Assembly: GCA_000002435.2 (NCBI GenBank)
Contig: CM018793.1
Length of the DNA: 64,000 bases
Reading direction: 5' to 3' (one strand)
Source of the DNA: Giardia intestinalis
Taxonomy: Eukaryota
Shown: in pieces, positions 1-10,048 of the stretch
Layout: each line of letters opens with the position of its first letter
How positions within the stretch are numbered: position 1 is the first letter of the stretch
Position numbers and translations under genes: made by a program
Notes under the pieces: generated by a model
The model's database searches: none
What the model was told of the DNA's origin: nothing
Seen by the model: the letters and a program-made list of their open reading frames with translations, nothing else

Positions 1-2669
1 ATGCTGCTAGCGACATCAAGGCCATAGGTGGACTCTATGATGCCGTCATTCATGCGATAAAGCAGCCTCAGCTGATTATTGACCATTTTAGACAGCATGT
101 GCACAGGTTTTACAGCACTGACCCCTGCAAAACTGGCTGGTAGCTCAACTATGTGTGTGGAAAGAAGGGCCAAACAGTTCGGCTGCTGTACAAGGGTCTC
201 CACTATGCCTCTAGATATTCCGAAGCCCTCTGCGGTAGAAGTGCCCCTTCCCAGCTCATCTATTAGGACCAGCGATGCATCGTTCAAAGAGGACAGGATG
301 TGACTCATGCTTACCATTTCGTACATAAAAGTGGAGTACCCCTTACTCAAACAGTCTCCAGTACCCAGTCTAATAGAGAGACGCTTCTGGATAGGAATGT
401 ATGCGGCCTCACAAGGGACAAAGCAGCCAATCTGTGCTAGTACAATACAATATCCGATAGAGCGAAGCAGCGTTGTCTTCCCTCCGGCATTGGGACCAGT
501 GAGGAGTAGTATTCGTGAGCTGAAGTCAATGGTGTTACTCACCGTGGACTGTGTTCCAATTGTGCTCATCAAGACAGGGTTTTTGCATTCAATTAAGCGC
601 AACGAGCCAGCCTCAGATATCTTTGGTCGAGCCCACTTCCACACCATTGTATTATCTGTCTCTCCAAGAGTACCTGCAGAAACATATGAAAAAGATGCTA
701 GGCAATCTATTTCAGCCAACAACACTCCAATTCTATCTAACACTTGACTAAATGGAGCGAACTTTTGGACAATTTCCGGTTCCATCTCCTTCTGTAGCAA
801 GAAGTATGCATTATATGCATCCATTCTTTGGAGAGAGTAGTTCTTGAGCCCCTCTGTAGTAAACTTAACATAGTTAGCCTTGTTCTCTAGCACTATGACG
901 TTGGAACAACTTGAGATGCGCGCATACGAGCTCTTTGGTGCCCTAATAACGTATCCTTGAGACGGAATGAAAATCAACCTACACCCCTTAACGCTCTCTG
1001 CAATATCTAGGTAGTCTCTTTGTATAGATGCATTGTTAGTATCTAGATCTCTCCGCAAGGCGTCTAGTTCTTCGCTGTACCCAGGGCAAAGATATATCTC
1101 TTCAGGATCTGCAAAGAGGGTGTCTACATTCTTTGAGAGATACGGAGACTCGAGATCGAATGTCTTCTCAATGAGCTGGGAAAAATCTAGTATCTCTATT
1201 TGGAGCTCTTGAAGCTTTGTGGCTAATGCAACCACAGACGTCTCTGTTGAGTTGGAGTTAGCATCGCTGGAGTCGCAGAAGATATCGATGATGAGCCCGT
1301 AAGTGTCACGCATGAATACGTAGACATCAAGAAGTTGCGAGAAAATGGTAGAAGACTGATGTGCTCTTGCATAAGCACGTAGAAGGAAGGCGGTTCTTGA
1401 AAATGAGGGGCATGATCGAAGTGTCCGCCGGACAGATGCATGAAGCGGTCCGCTCAGATGCTCTCCTGAAAGATACTGAACAATATCGTGCCTATATGAA
1501 ATGACAGCAAGATCAGTAGTGGGGGCGCGCAGCCATCTGAGTAGCTGCAGGGCTCCGTGTTGCGTGACTGTTTTGTTTAAAAGATTGTAGAGTGTCTTGC
1601 GCGTAGTGGATTGATAGTCTACTATTTTAAGAGAGTTCATATCTGCCATTGTGTAGAGCATGGTCGATGAAAAGATGGGCACCTCAAAAAGGAAAGTACC
1701 GACAGAAGAGGATGCATCAACAGAATCTTGGGAGTGTTGAGATTGCTCAGAGAGACTTTCTAAATTAACGTGCTCCAAAAGAGAAATAAGGCACGCCACA
1801 AGAACTTGGTTTCCTTGAACTGGAGCATGCTTTGCATTTAAAAAGGGGATCCTCGTGACAAGGCCGGCACCGCGTGACTGTGCCAGAAGAGAAGCATAAA
1901 CCTCATACGCTTCCATAAGAAGTAGCCGCCTTATGCGAACATGGGCTGCATCATAGTCAAAGCCTAGAGATCGCTTGAATGTTTCGGTTGCAACCGCATA
2001 TACCAAACCTTGTTCCACTAAGATGCCTTCTAGTGTCTTATTTTCAACAATAGCTGCCTCCCTGACACTTAGCTGGCAGATCTGCGCTGAAAGATTGGAC
2101 AGTTGAGGCGTGTCAGTGAGAATACAGCCTCCTATGGTTGTTTGACAGTCAGTGTATACAATATACACATTAACGACTTCTGTAGAAGCCACACTCGACC
2201 GTGAGCCGCTTATGGCACTGCTGGGAGCATCACTGAAGTGATCAACATAAATGAATGCGAAGACAGAGGTGTCATTAGATGCCAAAGAAGGGCATAGTTC
2301 ATAGAAGGCGTAAAGATTCCCCGGAGATCCTGAGCGTGTTCGTACAAAGCGCCCGTCGCTCCTTTCCTCAAAGAGGTCAAGCCCTCGCTTCAGCGAGAAA
2401 AACACTGCCCTCACAAGCCTTTCTACCTCTGTCTCACTAAATACTAAGATGGCAGTAGCCTCTGGTGTCTCAGTATCACAAATACCGTCGTCCTTCCAGT
2501 ACTGTACTGTCACCTGCATGAGTCTCCTCAATGCATCGACATCATCTCCAAGTACTAAGTATCCAGCTGAAGGCACTAGAAAGAGCTTGAACGAAGTTAA
2601 ATGTGCTGTATCTCGGAGAGCCTCCAAGAGCTCTCTGCGCAGAGATGGCGATGCCCACTGCTGCTCCAT
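1..2669 (-). CDS. MSH2: DNA mismatch repair protein MutS homolog 2 (MSH2-like). The 3' end is cut by the window start; the N-terminus is complete.
   Basis: Reverse-strand translation from ATG 2669 gives the Walker A motif LLLTGPNAGGKTTLLRSIGYCIVLAQIGCFVPCEAA (QIGCFVPCE is MSH2-like), then STFMYEM and DELGRGTSTAEGFGI, the MutS ABC-ATPase signature. An in-frame stop lies 9 codons upstream of the ATG, and GAAGAAAACAAAATG forms an A-rich initiator. The stop is outside the window, which is why the ORF track does not list it. Confidence 0.85.
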   Translation of the reverse strand, partial: MEQQWASPSLRRELLEALRDTAHLTSFKLFLVPSAGYLVLGDDVDALRRLMQVTVQYWKDDGICDTETPEATAILVFSETEVERLVRAVFFSLKRGLDLFEERSDGRFVRTRSGSPGNLYAFYELCPSLASNDTSVFAFIYVDHFSDAPSSAISGSRSSVASTEVVNVYIVYTDCQTTIGGCILTDTPQLSNLSAQICQLSVREAAIVENKTLEGILVEQGLVYAVATETFKRSLGFDYDAAHVRIRRLLLMEAYEVYASLLAQSRGAGLVTRIPFLNAKHAPVQGNQVLVACLISLLEHVNLESLSEQSQHSQDSVDASSSVGTFLFEVPIFSSTMLYTMADMNSLKIVDYQSTTRKTLYNLLNKTVTQHGALQLLRWLRAPTTDLAVISYRHDIVQYLSGEHLSGPLHASVRRTLRSCPSFSRTAFLLRAYARAHQSSTIFSQLLDVYVFMRDTYGLIIDIFCDSSDANSNSTETSVVALATKLQELQIEILDFSQLIEKTFDLESPYLSKNVDTLFADPEEIYLCPGYSEELDALRRDLDTNNASIQRDYLDIAESVKGCRLIFIPSQGYVIRAPKSSYARISSCSNVIVLENKANYVKFTTEGLKNYSLQRMDAYNAYFLLQKEMEPEIVQKFAPFSQVLDRIGVLLAEIDCLASFSYVSAGTLGETDNTMVWKWARPKISEAGSLRLIECKNPVLMSTIGTQSTVSNTIDFSSRILLLTGPNAGGKTTLLRSIGYCIVLAQIGCFVPCEAAYIPIQKRLSIRLGTGDCLSKGYSTFMYEMVSMSHILSSLNDASLVLIDELGRGTSTAEGFGISRGIVETLVQQPNCLALLSTHIVELPASFAGVSAVKPVHMLSKMVNNQLRLLYRMNDGIIESTYGLDVASS

Positions 2670-2757
2670 TTTGTTTTCTTCCCCTGAATGGAAAATTTAC
2701 ATGTGCACAGCTGACTGGGAGAGAGTCTATGCAGCTCAGTCTAATACAAGAGACACG

Positions 2758-3552
2758 CTAGTCATAGGCTGGCCTATATACTGCACTTCTAATGGACGCA
2801 CTGTTCATGTACTTCGGTCGCGTTTCCCGCTTTCTGACGTCATCGAGGCCTCCCTGCACGTCCCACATATCTGTGTATCTAGCCCAGTTGCTCACAGGAT
2901 CAGACTTTCTGAGCTTCTTCTCCTTGAGTGTATACTTACTAGTGCCAGAGTTAAACATGGCAGACTTGGCGGCAGGATCATAAGGGTCCGTCCCATCCGA
3001 TCGGTACCTTTGTGACATTTGTGTGCTCTGTCGATAAAACGGTTGGCCATATCCGCTACTCTGGCCCATGGGTCGTGCAGAGTTGGTTTTGCGGGAGAGG
3101 CGCATATTGCTGTAAGAGTCTCCACTGACTGGCCTCTGCTTGTAGTATCCACTTGATGGCTTACTATCCTCGTGAGGGTCGTAGTACTCATCATATTCAT
3201 TTATATCTTGCCGGTGCATTTTTCGTTGAGGAGCAGGAGCCGTCCGTGGCTGCTCCGGCATGTGCGCAGACACGTAACCTCTATCGTGAGTTAAAGGCTG
3301 CGGGTGCAACTCGTCCTGAGGCGAATCCTCCTCAGCCTCGGGACTATGTCTGCGCTGCTTTCTACGGCGGTGTCTAATGGGGGCTTCCTCGTGATCGTCT
3401 TCGTAGTCTTGTTCTGTGTCTCTCATTCCACTGGCCATACGACGCAGCAACTCGCCCTTCAGCTGCAGAAGAGTTTCCTCTGGAACTCCTTGATAGCCAA
3501 GGTCGGCGAGATACTCCTGTATGCGGTCTAAAGAGAGCTCCGACGAGTCCAT
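2758..3552 (-). CDS. Hypothetical protein, 264 aa, charged and low-complexity.
   Basis: ATG-initiated ORF (cat at 3550-3552). It is divergent from ICMT across a 67-bp A/T-rich spacer. No recognisable domain. Confidence 0.45.
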   Translation of the reverse strand: MDSSELSLDRIQEYLADLGYQGVPEETLLQLKGELLRRMASGMRDTEQDYEDDHEEAPIRHRRRKQRRHSPEAEEDSPQDELHPQPLTHDRGYVSAHMPEQPRTAPAPQRKMHRQDINEYDEYYDPHEDSKPSSGYYKQRPVSGDSYSNMRLSRKTNSARPMGQSSGYGQPFYRQSTQMSQRYRSDGTDPYDPAAKSAMFNSGTSKYTLKEKKLRKSDPVSNWARYTDMWDVQGGLDDVRKRETRPKYMNSASIRSAVYRPAYD

Positions 3553-3619
3553 ATTTAGTGCGTACTAAATTTTGTTGTAGCGAAAACTCCGCGCTCTTAG
3601 TAAAAGTGAAAATGCAAAA

Positions 3620-4267
3620 ATGCAAAAAATATTGTATCTCCATTCTGCTGAAATGCTCGTGGAATCCATTCCCACTCTCAGAGTTTTCACACTAGCGGGA
3701 TCTCTTATCTTGTACCACGCTCTAGATTTTTCTCTCCACAATAGACACCATCCGCAGCCCATCAGCTTCGCTGCTTGCCTCTGTTCTACGGAGTATGTGG
3801 CAGCATTTGCATTCGCCCTCACAGAATACTATTTAGAATACTTCTTCTGCTCATGGAAGAGGTCTAAGCCACTAGTAACTATATGCTATGTGATCGGGTT
3901 AATTGGGATGGTTCTCGGTGATGGTCTGCGCAAGCTTGCTATGATGCAGAATGGAATTGGATTCACTCACAAGATAGCCACAACCCGTGAGAAAGACCAC
4001 CAACTAGTTGTCTCAGGGGTATACCGATTGACCAGACATCCCGGATACCTTGGCTGGTTCATTTGGGCCGTTTCCACCCAAGTGATGCTCGCCAATCCAC
4101 TATCAATTATAGTTTACATTTTCGTTTCCTGGAAGTTCTTCAGTGACAGAATTAGATACGAAGAAGAAACCCTCCTTGCCTTGTTCGGAGACGAGTACTT
4201 AGAGTATATGAAGCGCACGCGGTGTTACATACCGTTTGTCTCGAGACACGCAGCTACCGCCCACTGA
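3620..4267 (+). CDS. ICMT: Protein-S-isoprenylcysteine O-methyltransferase (ICMT/Ste14 family).
   Basis: The C-terminal block VVSGVYRLTRHPGYLGWFIWAVSTQVMLANPL...RYEEETLLALFGDEYLEYMKRT matches the ICMT signature (RHPxY, EE..L...FG.EY..Y). It is a multi-TM protein with a true ATG at 3620. Confidence 0.85.
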   Translation: MQKILYLHSAEMLVESIPTLRVFTLAGSLILYHALDFSLHNRHHPQPISFAACLCSTEYVAAFAFALTEYYLEYFFCSWKRSKPLVTICYVIGLIGMVLGDGLRKLAMMQNGIGFTHKIATTREKDHQLVVSGVYRLTRHPGYLGWFIWAVSTQVMLANPLSIIVYIFVSWKFFSDRIRYEEETLLALFGDEYLEYMKRTRCYIPFVSRHAATAH

Positions 4268-6797
4268 CTTTCTTACGCCGGACCTTAAGTGTTATGGCCA
4301 CCACCAAGGTCGAGAGTTGCCGCTGGTCCACAACAAGGAAAGAGCGTGAGCTGCTATCGTATTTTAGCATAGACTCTATAATGCTCTGGGCCAGCTCATT
4401 TGGCATGTTGTCGGGCCCGTCAACCTTAATGAGACTACCGCTGAGCTCGTCAACCTTAACACATGAGTGATACGATTTACGTTCCGTATCTCTAAACACA
4501 AGAAGCAGGTGTCCACGTTCCCGAGACACGTTATCCATGGCTAACATTCTCCTTTCGTAATTTGCAGTCCCTGGGAGAAGGTTGTGGAGAATGAGTTTCT
4601 GCACAAAACTGGAGTTGTCAAACTTCGCAGGGGGCAGGTACTCTATGAAGTGCGATTCCTGCTGAACCGCAGACTTCGTTGGCCTATTGGCAACCTTGTA
4701 GACGAGCTCTGTGCCCTCGGCCCCACCTTCTTTGACACCGCTATCGCTGTCCAAATAGCTTGCTACTCCAGAGTTGGCATGTACACTAAAGCTGTTACGC
4801 CTCCCAACGTAGCTTTTAGAAGAGCCGGACTCTCTGTCAGGATTCGTCGTGCTAGAGCTAACATGGGTGTCTTGGTATGAACCTTGATATGAGCTTCCTG
4901 CTGATGACTGCTTTTCTCGAGGCCGTGCGCTTCGTCTGTTGAGATGGACGCCACGTCTGTTGCTTCCTGGCGACCCAAGTATGCTGCTGGAACTTCTCGA
5001 ATGTACCAAATCGCTCTGTTCCGCTGCCTCCTCAAGCTCACGTTGCCGCATCTGTGCACGCCGCTCCTTGAATTGCTGCACGCGTTGATTCTGAGCCTCT
5101 AACAGCTTCTGATTCCGAGCTACCGATATCTGCTTATTAGGTGCATCATCGAACATAATTTCCAAGGCAACACCTGCCCCAGCTGCTTTAGTTACCAGAC
5201 CCGCCTCGTCTTCCTCTGCTGCGGTGGTCTCTGCTGCGTTGTGTAGTGCATTGTCTTGTGTGCACTCTACTTCTGCTTTAGAAATGTTTTTCGTAGTATT
5301 GTCTATTGTTTGTTTAATGGTCCCTAGGATCATAGAATCAAGTCCTGATGAGTTGATGCTGTTCTCACCCTGGGACATTTGCTTATCAGCTCTCCCTACA
5401 CATATCTCCTCCGTGTTGGCACATGCAATTTCGCCGTCGTTTGCTGCGTTGCTACCATAATTGTTGGCGAAGCTATGAGATCTCATCAGTGATGCACTCA
5501 GGTGAGAAGCCTGAACACAGTCGTCTGAGCCATTTTCTTGGATAACAAGTTCAAGTTCTGCGGCGTGCGATATTGCATGCGGACTCAAGGAGCCATTTAG
5601 CAAAGATTCTTGCATGTCACCTAATAGGGATGTGTTGCGAGACTTGCTGCGGGAACAGTACACCTCCGAGTATGATGCATCATCACACGGAAGGCCGTGT
5701 CCTGTTGAGTTGTCTTTTGGATTATCAACCACTTCTCTCGTGGGCCTTAGCTCGTCTGCATAAGATCCAGTAATATTAGTATTATCATCCTGACCGTCCA
5801 GCTCAAGATCATCTAGGTCCTCAACATTATCCAGGTATGCTGTGTAATTATGTGCACTTGTTCCTCGCTGTCGCCTCTGGTGTCCCTCGTCAGGGTATCC
5901 GCCAAGAAAGTCACTGGGTTTGCTTACGCTAGCATGTAGGCCAGTAGTGGGGTTGAGAAAGACAGGGTCTGTGGCTCCTTGACTAATTGCAATGTAAGAC
6001 TCTACACATTCCTCAGGACTGCTAGTTGAGTGGGGGACTAACTTATCAGATAATCTATCAGATGATATTTGAGAAGATGAGTTATGTGACGTGGTCTCTT
6101 CCTTGTCAAGAGACAGGCGCTTAGCGATAGATTGCATTGTATGGATACTGCGTGCGTTACAAGGTCCACTGAGTTCATGGGTGGTAAGCCCCGTAGAAAT
6201 ATCTCCATCAAATTTGGTAGATGAGGTCAGATCTTCAAGTTTTTTCCGCAAGATGGAATTTTCAATCTGGAGGGTGTCATGTGCCTCCTGAAGGGCTGTA
6301 AATTTGCTCAGAAGATCAGCAGTAATTACTTGTTCTGTCTCCAGCTGGCCAGTCTTTTCAACCAGCTGGCGTGTCTTCTCCTTGAGCTGTGCAGTGAGCT
6401 CCTCCAGTTCCTTCTGAAGACCGTCCATAATGGCCCTATTAGTCGCACAATGCGCTGTAAGCTCTTCGTTTTCTGCCGTTAAGACAGAGATTTGCTTGTC
6501 TCTCTCATCGAGTCGCTTTTTGAGATGTTCTTCCAGCCTCGTTGTATGCAGTGGTGTTTCCGTTTTACTTGTGACTCGGGGGAGATCGGGAAGAAAGGAC
6601 GGCGTCTTCGTGGCCTGCTGACCTGGTACAGCACTGTTCTGTCGCGTTGTAAACATTCCAACGGTGCCACTTAACTCTAGCTCGTCGTAATACGCACATT
6701 CTGTTGTTTTGTTATTGCTTGCTGCAGAACCTTGGTGGGTACTCACCGCCGCTTGCACCTGTGCCTTGAGCCCACGAGGCCGTACAACCCTGGCCAT
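4254..6797 (-). CDS. Coiled-coil protein (847 aa) with a C-terminal CKK-like domain of the CAMSAP/Patronin type that binds microtubule minus ends.
   Basis: ATG at 6797. The N-terminus is coiled-coil (LEEHLKKRLDERDKQISVLTAENEELT...). The last ~120 aa (SSFVQKLILHNLLPG...HLLLVFRDTERKSYHSCVKVDELSGSLIKVDGPDNMPNELAQSIIESMLKYDSSSRSFLVV...LVVAITLKVRRKK) align block-by-block with the CAMSAP CKK consensus (NKQIIQNAI...HFLILFRD...GYGPRTVTP.MVEGIYKYNSDRKRF...SVDAFTI). No CH domain is evident. The 3' end overlaps the ICMT stop by 14 bp (convergent). Confidence 0.6.
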   Translation of the reverse strand: MARVVRPRGLKAQVQAAVSTHQGSAASNNKTTECAYYDELELSGTVGMFTTRQNSAVPGQQATKTPSFLPDLPRVTSKTETPLHTTRLEEHLKKRLDERDKQISVLTAENEELTAHCATNRAIMDGLQKELEELTAQLKEKTRQLVEKTGQLETEQVITADLLSKFTALQEAHDTLQIENSILRKKLEDLTSSTKFDGDISTGLTTHELSGPCNARSIHTMQSIAKRLSLDKEETTSHNSSSQISSDRLSDKLVPHSTSSPEECVESYIAISQGATDPVFLNPTTGLHASVSKPSDFLGGYPDEGHQRRQRGTSAHNYTAYLDNVEDLDDLELDGQDDNTNITGSYADELRPTREVVDNPKDNSTGHGLPCDDASYSEVYCSRSKSRNTSLLGDMQESLLNGSLSPHAISHAAELELVIQENGSDDCVQASHLSASLMRSHSFANNYGSNAANDGEIACANTEEICVGRADKQMSQGENSINSSGLDSMILGTIKQTIDNTTKNISKAEVECTQDNALHNAAETTAAEEDEAGLVTKAAGAGVALEIMFDDAPNKQISVARNQKLLEAQNQRVQQFKERRAQMRQRELEEAAEQSDLVHSRSSSSILGSPGSNRRGVHLNRRSARPREKQSSAGSSYQGSYQDTHVSSSTTNPDRESGSSKSYVGRRNSFSVHANSGVASYLDSDSGVKEGGAEGTELVYKVANRPTKSAVQQESHFIEYLPPAKFDNSSFVQKLILHNLLPGTANYERRMLAMDNVSRERGHLLLVFRDTERKSYHSCVKVDELSGSLIKVDGPDNMPNELAQSIIESMLKYDSSSRSFLVVDQRQLSTLVVAITLKVRRKKVSGR

Positions 6798-6879
6798 ATC
6801 TTACGAGATTTCTAAAAATTCGCTTCTTAAAATTGATATTGACTTACAAAGTATTAGAGTGGCAAGGACTAAAGTGGTA

Positions 6880-7386
6880 ATGCAAGGTACTGACAGCTCC
6901 GACCCTCTCTACTACACCAGCCCCGATCTGGCCATTGGAATTACCGGGTTCACCATACGAAACCCCAGCACAGGAAAAATCTACTTTAACCGCAACACAG
7001 CGTCGCCAGACGTTGGTCAAATAGAGCTCTTACCAGACGTTCCTCCCACAAACGGCATTTGCTACATCCTTCCTACAGAGTTCCTGCGCGCATCGGCCAT
7101 CGCATGTCAGATTGTGATTACTAACAGAGGAGATGAACCCATAAGCGGCATAAAGATAGTCGAAGAGCACATCCTTCAAGGAGTTCCTCTTCAGCGGTAC
7201 GACTTTGACCTCATGTTTCTTGCCCCTAGAACGCAGAATACATGGGAAACACTATATGAGCCTGAATTCAAGCGTGGACACAACTTCGAGGAGCAAGCCC
7301 TCGCGGGTCCGTGGATCATTATCACGTCGTTGTATATTAGTGACAAGCTGATGCTGCGCAATCGGGCACAGCTGAAGTTTCAGTGA
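6880..7386 (+). CDS. Hypothetical protein, 168 aa.
   Basis: The listed ORF begins with TTG at 6709, so I trimmed it to the first ATG at 6880, which has an 82-bp A/T-rich divergent spacer upstream. Family not recognised. Confidence 0.4.
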   Translation: MQGTDSSDPLYYTSPDLAIGITGFTIRNPSTGKIYFNRNTASPDVGQIELLPDVPPTNGICYILPTEFLRASAIACQIVITNRGDEPISGIKIVEEHILQGVPLQRYDFDLMFLAPRTQNTWETLYEPEFKRGHNFEEQALAGPWIIITSLYISDKLMLRNRAQLKFQ

Positions 7387-7620
7387 GACCTTGCTCTTCT
7401 GGCTTTATGAAAACACAAGAGAGGTGCAAGGCCAGAGCAGGACAACTCTTATTCTTCCACCACTTGCTTTCATCGCGTGTTTACTTGCGTTTTCGTGCGC
7501 TTATTACTGGGATTAGCCATCATCAAGCATTTGCTCTCCAACAGCAACATGTACTACTTCTTCTATCCTAATTTGTCTTCCCTATTTTCACTTTTCAAAG
7601 CTCTCAGTACGCATTGCCTG

Positions 7621-8673
7621 CTACTTTATGAAATTGTAATTCTTAAAGTCTTTACCTACTTTAATAAGAAAGGTTGTAGAATCCTCAGAGCAGCTTACCA
7701 AATCCTCACCATTGGGATTAAATGCAAGGTCGTGGACAGGCCCGACATGTGCCTGGATGCTGCCTAACTTCACGTCCTGGGCTATGTCAATAAAGAACAG
7801 CTTAAACGTGTTCTCAATATGTGTTGTTTGAGTGACTATTTTGCTGTCCATCCCTCCGGCGTAGACCATGAGATTGGGAATGTTTGGGTGGATGGCGCAA
7901 CAGTGCACCGGGTACTCTGTGCTGACCTTCTTAAGAACCGTTAGTGTCTTGGCCCCCAGTATGACTATCTTCTTATCACTGCAGCAGATAGTAAACATGG
8001 AGTTGTTATACAGTTGTATGCTCATTATCTGACCGTTCCCGACGACTATTGGGTCCTTCATCTTTGAGTACGGCTCTAGGGTCTCTGCATCAAAGAGCTG
8101 CACTACACCAGACGCGAACCCCACGACCAGGTAGTCGTCCAGGGGGGACAAAGCTATGCAAGTGACGTCTTCGGACATGCACTTTATCTTGGTGCACTTC
8201 ACATCCTTTGGGTCGCTGGCATCAAGGACAAGGATACCAGCCTTGGACTTCATGATCAACCGTCCTCCAACAAACAGGCGCCTTCCATCTCTGCTATACT
8301 GGATGGCGCTGTAGGCTGTGATTTCCGGGAATTTATAGGTCCTGATGTATGCGCGGTCACTGGTGACCTTGTAGAGAGCAATGAAGTCGAGAACATGGGA
8401 CACTGCAACGTACTCACCGTCAGAGCTCACTGTGAAGTCAGACACAGCTATACCTTGGTCAGATGCTATTGTTCCAGGGTCTCCTTCCGAGCCGATCGGT
8501 CCAAAAGTCTGGACAAACTGCCCGTTTGTACTGGTCCACATGTGTGTATAGCCGTCTGTGGACCCGGTGATGATATAATCTCCGTCGGGAGTGTATCGTA
8601 GCTTTGTAATAGGGCGTGTATGCCCATGGAGACTGAAGACATGGGCTGTGTAGACGTTGGCGACCTTTCCCAT
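7621..8673 (-). CDS. EIF3I: Translation initiation factor eIF3 subunit I (WD40, TRIP-1 family).
   Basis: WD-repeat protein. The C-terminal segment VYAGGMDSKIVTQTTHIENTFKLFFIDIAQDVKLGSIQAHVGPVHDLAFNPNGEDLVSCSEDSTTFLI parallels eIF3i ([25 protein letters not shown]...[30 protein letters not shown]). The listed start at 8688 is TTG, so I trimmed to ATG 8673, which has AATAAATTAAAAACT upstream. Confidence 0.8.
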   Translation of the reverse strand: MGKVANVYTAHVFSLHGHTRPITKLRYTPDGDYIITGSTDGYTHMWTSTNGQFVQTFGPIGSEGDPGTIASDQGIAVSDFTVSSDGEYVAVSHVLDFIALYKVTSDRAYIRTYKFPEITAYSAIQYSRDGRRLFVGGRLIMKSKAGILVLDASDPKDVKCTKIKCMSEDVTCIALSPLDDYLVVGFASGVVQLFDAETLEPYSKMKDPIVVGNGQIMSIQLYNNSMFTICCSDKKIVILGAKTLTVLKKVSTEYPVHCCAIHPNIPNLMVYAGGMDSKIVTQTTHIENTFKLFFIDIAQDVKLGSIQAHVGPVHDLAFNPNGEDLVSCSEDSTTFLIKVGKDFKNYNFIK

Positions 8674-8758
8674 CCAGACGGAGGCCAACCAAAGTTTTTA
8701 ATTTATTCAGATTCGGTAATCCTAGCTAGCTGTTCTGACTAATGGCCTTGCCTCTAAA

Positions 8759-10018
8759 CTACGCTCGGCCAGCATTGCCAGATGTGGCAGCTCTTGCACT
8801 GCGCTGCTCTGGGGTCCACCTGGGCTTTTTTGAAGGGTCCCGCGGAGCCTTCATCTCTACAGGCCTTACGGATCTGGCTGGGCCAGTGGAATTGAACGTA
8901 CTCCGTGCTGCTCGCTCATCTTCGCGAGAACGCTGTGCCCTTTCAGTCTGGTCGCGATACTTGTTTTGCATTGTTCGCAGAATTGCAGGACCGTCCCGTT
9001 GTTGCCGATCTATGAATTGATTCTGGCCCATGCGTGATTGTCTGAATTTCTCGCTACGAATGCTCTTCTCCTTGCGCTTCTGAGCCTTCTTCTCACTCAC
9101 GCACTTCATAATCTTGAAGGTTACCTCCGTGTCGGGAATGGTGTCTTCCGTAAGCCATATTCGATTGTCTAAAGGCCAGCAGGATTTGTCCAGCTCAACT
9201 ATGCAAAAGCTACGCCGTTCAGATGTGCCCTCCGCCTTAAAAATACGCAAATTGGTAAGAATGAACTTGTACTTCTTCTCCAAGTAATCCAGCAACAGCT
9301 CTATGTCCATCTTCTTGTCTGTCAGGCCGCTTATAAAGATGCTTTGGGGTTGCTTGAGCTCGGCGTGCTCCAGCTTCCCTGGGTACATGAAGATATGACG
9401 GCCATCGATCTTGATACGCCCAGAAAAATGTGTGATGATGAGATCTATTAGGGTATCATTTGTGAATCGTACCAGTGCTAATTTGGTCGCTCCCTGTGCC
9501 TTGCTCCCGCCGCCACTGATAGCTATGAGCTTCTTATCGAGGCAAGTAGCCACCTTAGACGGGTCGTCTACTTCAATGCCTCTGTAGTAGACGACCTCGA
9601 TAGAAGGGAAGCGGATTGGATCCACCTGCACCAGGGGTGTGGTCGACTCTATGGCATCTATGGCTGCGTAGTCATGCCGCGTACTAGGGTGCACAATGGT
9701 TATCGTCTGCCCAGTGAGGTTCTTGATTAGGACCAAGAACGTCTGCTCGAGGGTTTTGCGGGTTGTAGAGACTGCCACATTGGTCAGAACAAGGGTTCTG
9801 GACTGCTGTTCGTTGAGCTCAAGTTTTGACAACTTCTGCATGCGGCCCACCTTCGTGGTAGAGAGAGTCGGATCGGTTTTCACATCCTCTTTGATCGGCT
9901 GGTTATACACCGCTGGATCTGTGAATGCCTTAAACGCTGCTGCAATATCAATATCCACTTCGTCTTCGGCTGCCTGTGCAACGTCTTTAGAGAAATCAGC
10001 AGGGTATGCATCAACCAT
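8759..10018 (-). CDS. Hypothetical protein (419 aa) with two RRM-like alpha/beta modules and a strongly basic C-terminal tail; possibly a nucleolar or RNA-binding protein.
   Basis: ATG at 10018. The C-terminal 110 aa are K/R/Q-rich (KKAQKRKEKSIRSEKFRQSRMGQNQFIDRQQRDG...). It is divergent from the next gene across only 30 bp. Confidence 0.5.
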   Translation of the reverse strand: MVDAYPADFSKDVAQAAEDEVDIDIAAAFKAFTDPAVYNQPIKEDVKTDPTLSTTKVGRMQKLSKLELNEQQSRTLVLTNVAVSTTRKTLEQTFLVLIKNLTGQTITIVHPSTRHDYAAIDAIESTTPLVQVDPIRFPSIEVVYYRGIEVDDPSKVATCLDKKLIAISGGGSKAQGATKLALVRFTNDTLIDLIITHFSGRIKIDGRHIFMYPGKLEHAELKQPQSIFISGLTDKKMDIELLLDYLEKKYKFILTNLRIFKAEGTSERRSFCIVELDKSCWPLDNRIWLTEDTIPDTEVTFKIMKCVSEKKAQKRKEKSIRSEKFRQSRMGQNQFIDRQQRDGPAILRTMQNKYRDQTERAQRSREDERAARSTFNSTGPARSVRPVEMKAPRDPSKKPRWTPEQRSARAATSGNAGRA

Positions 10019-10048
10019 TTTAGTTGCAATTAAATTGAAAATTTAAGC
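10019..10048. promoter_or_regulatory. A 30-bp A/T-rich bidirectional promoter spacer between the divergent genes 8759..10018(-) and 10049..11548(+).
   Basis: The sequence tagttgcaattaaattgaaaatttaagc lies between two ATG codons. Giardia promoters are short A/T-rich initiators. Confidence 0.4.

Noticed and set aside
79-751. Plus-strand ORFs 79..303, 307..747 and 551..751
   Set aside because: They run antisense to the MSH2 ATPase domain (the 307..747 peptide is the reverse-strand shadow of the Walker A region), and the 79..303 ORF starts at TTG.
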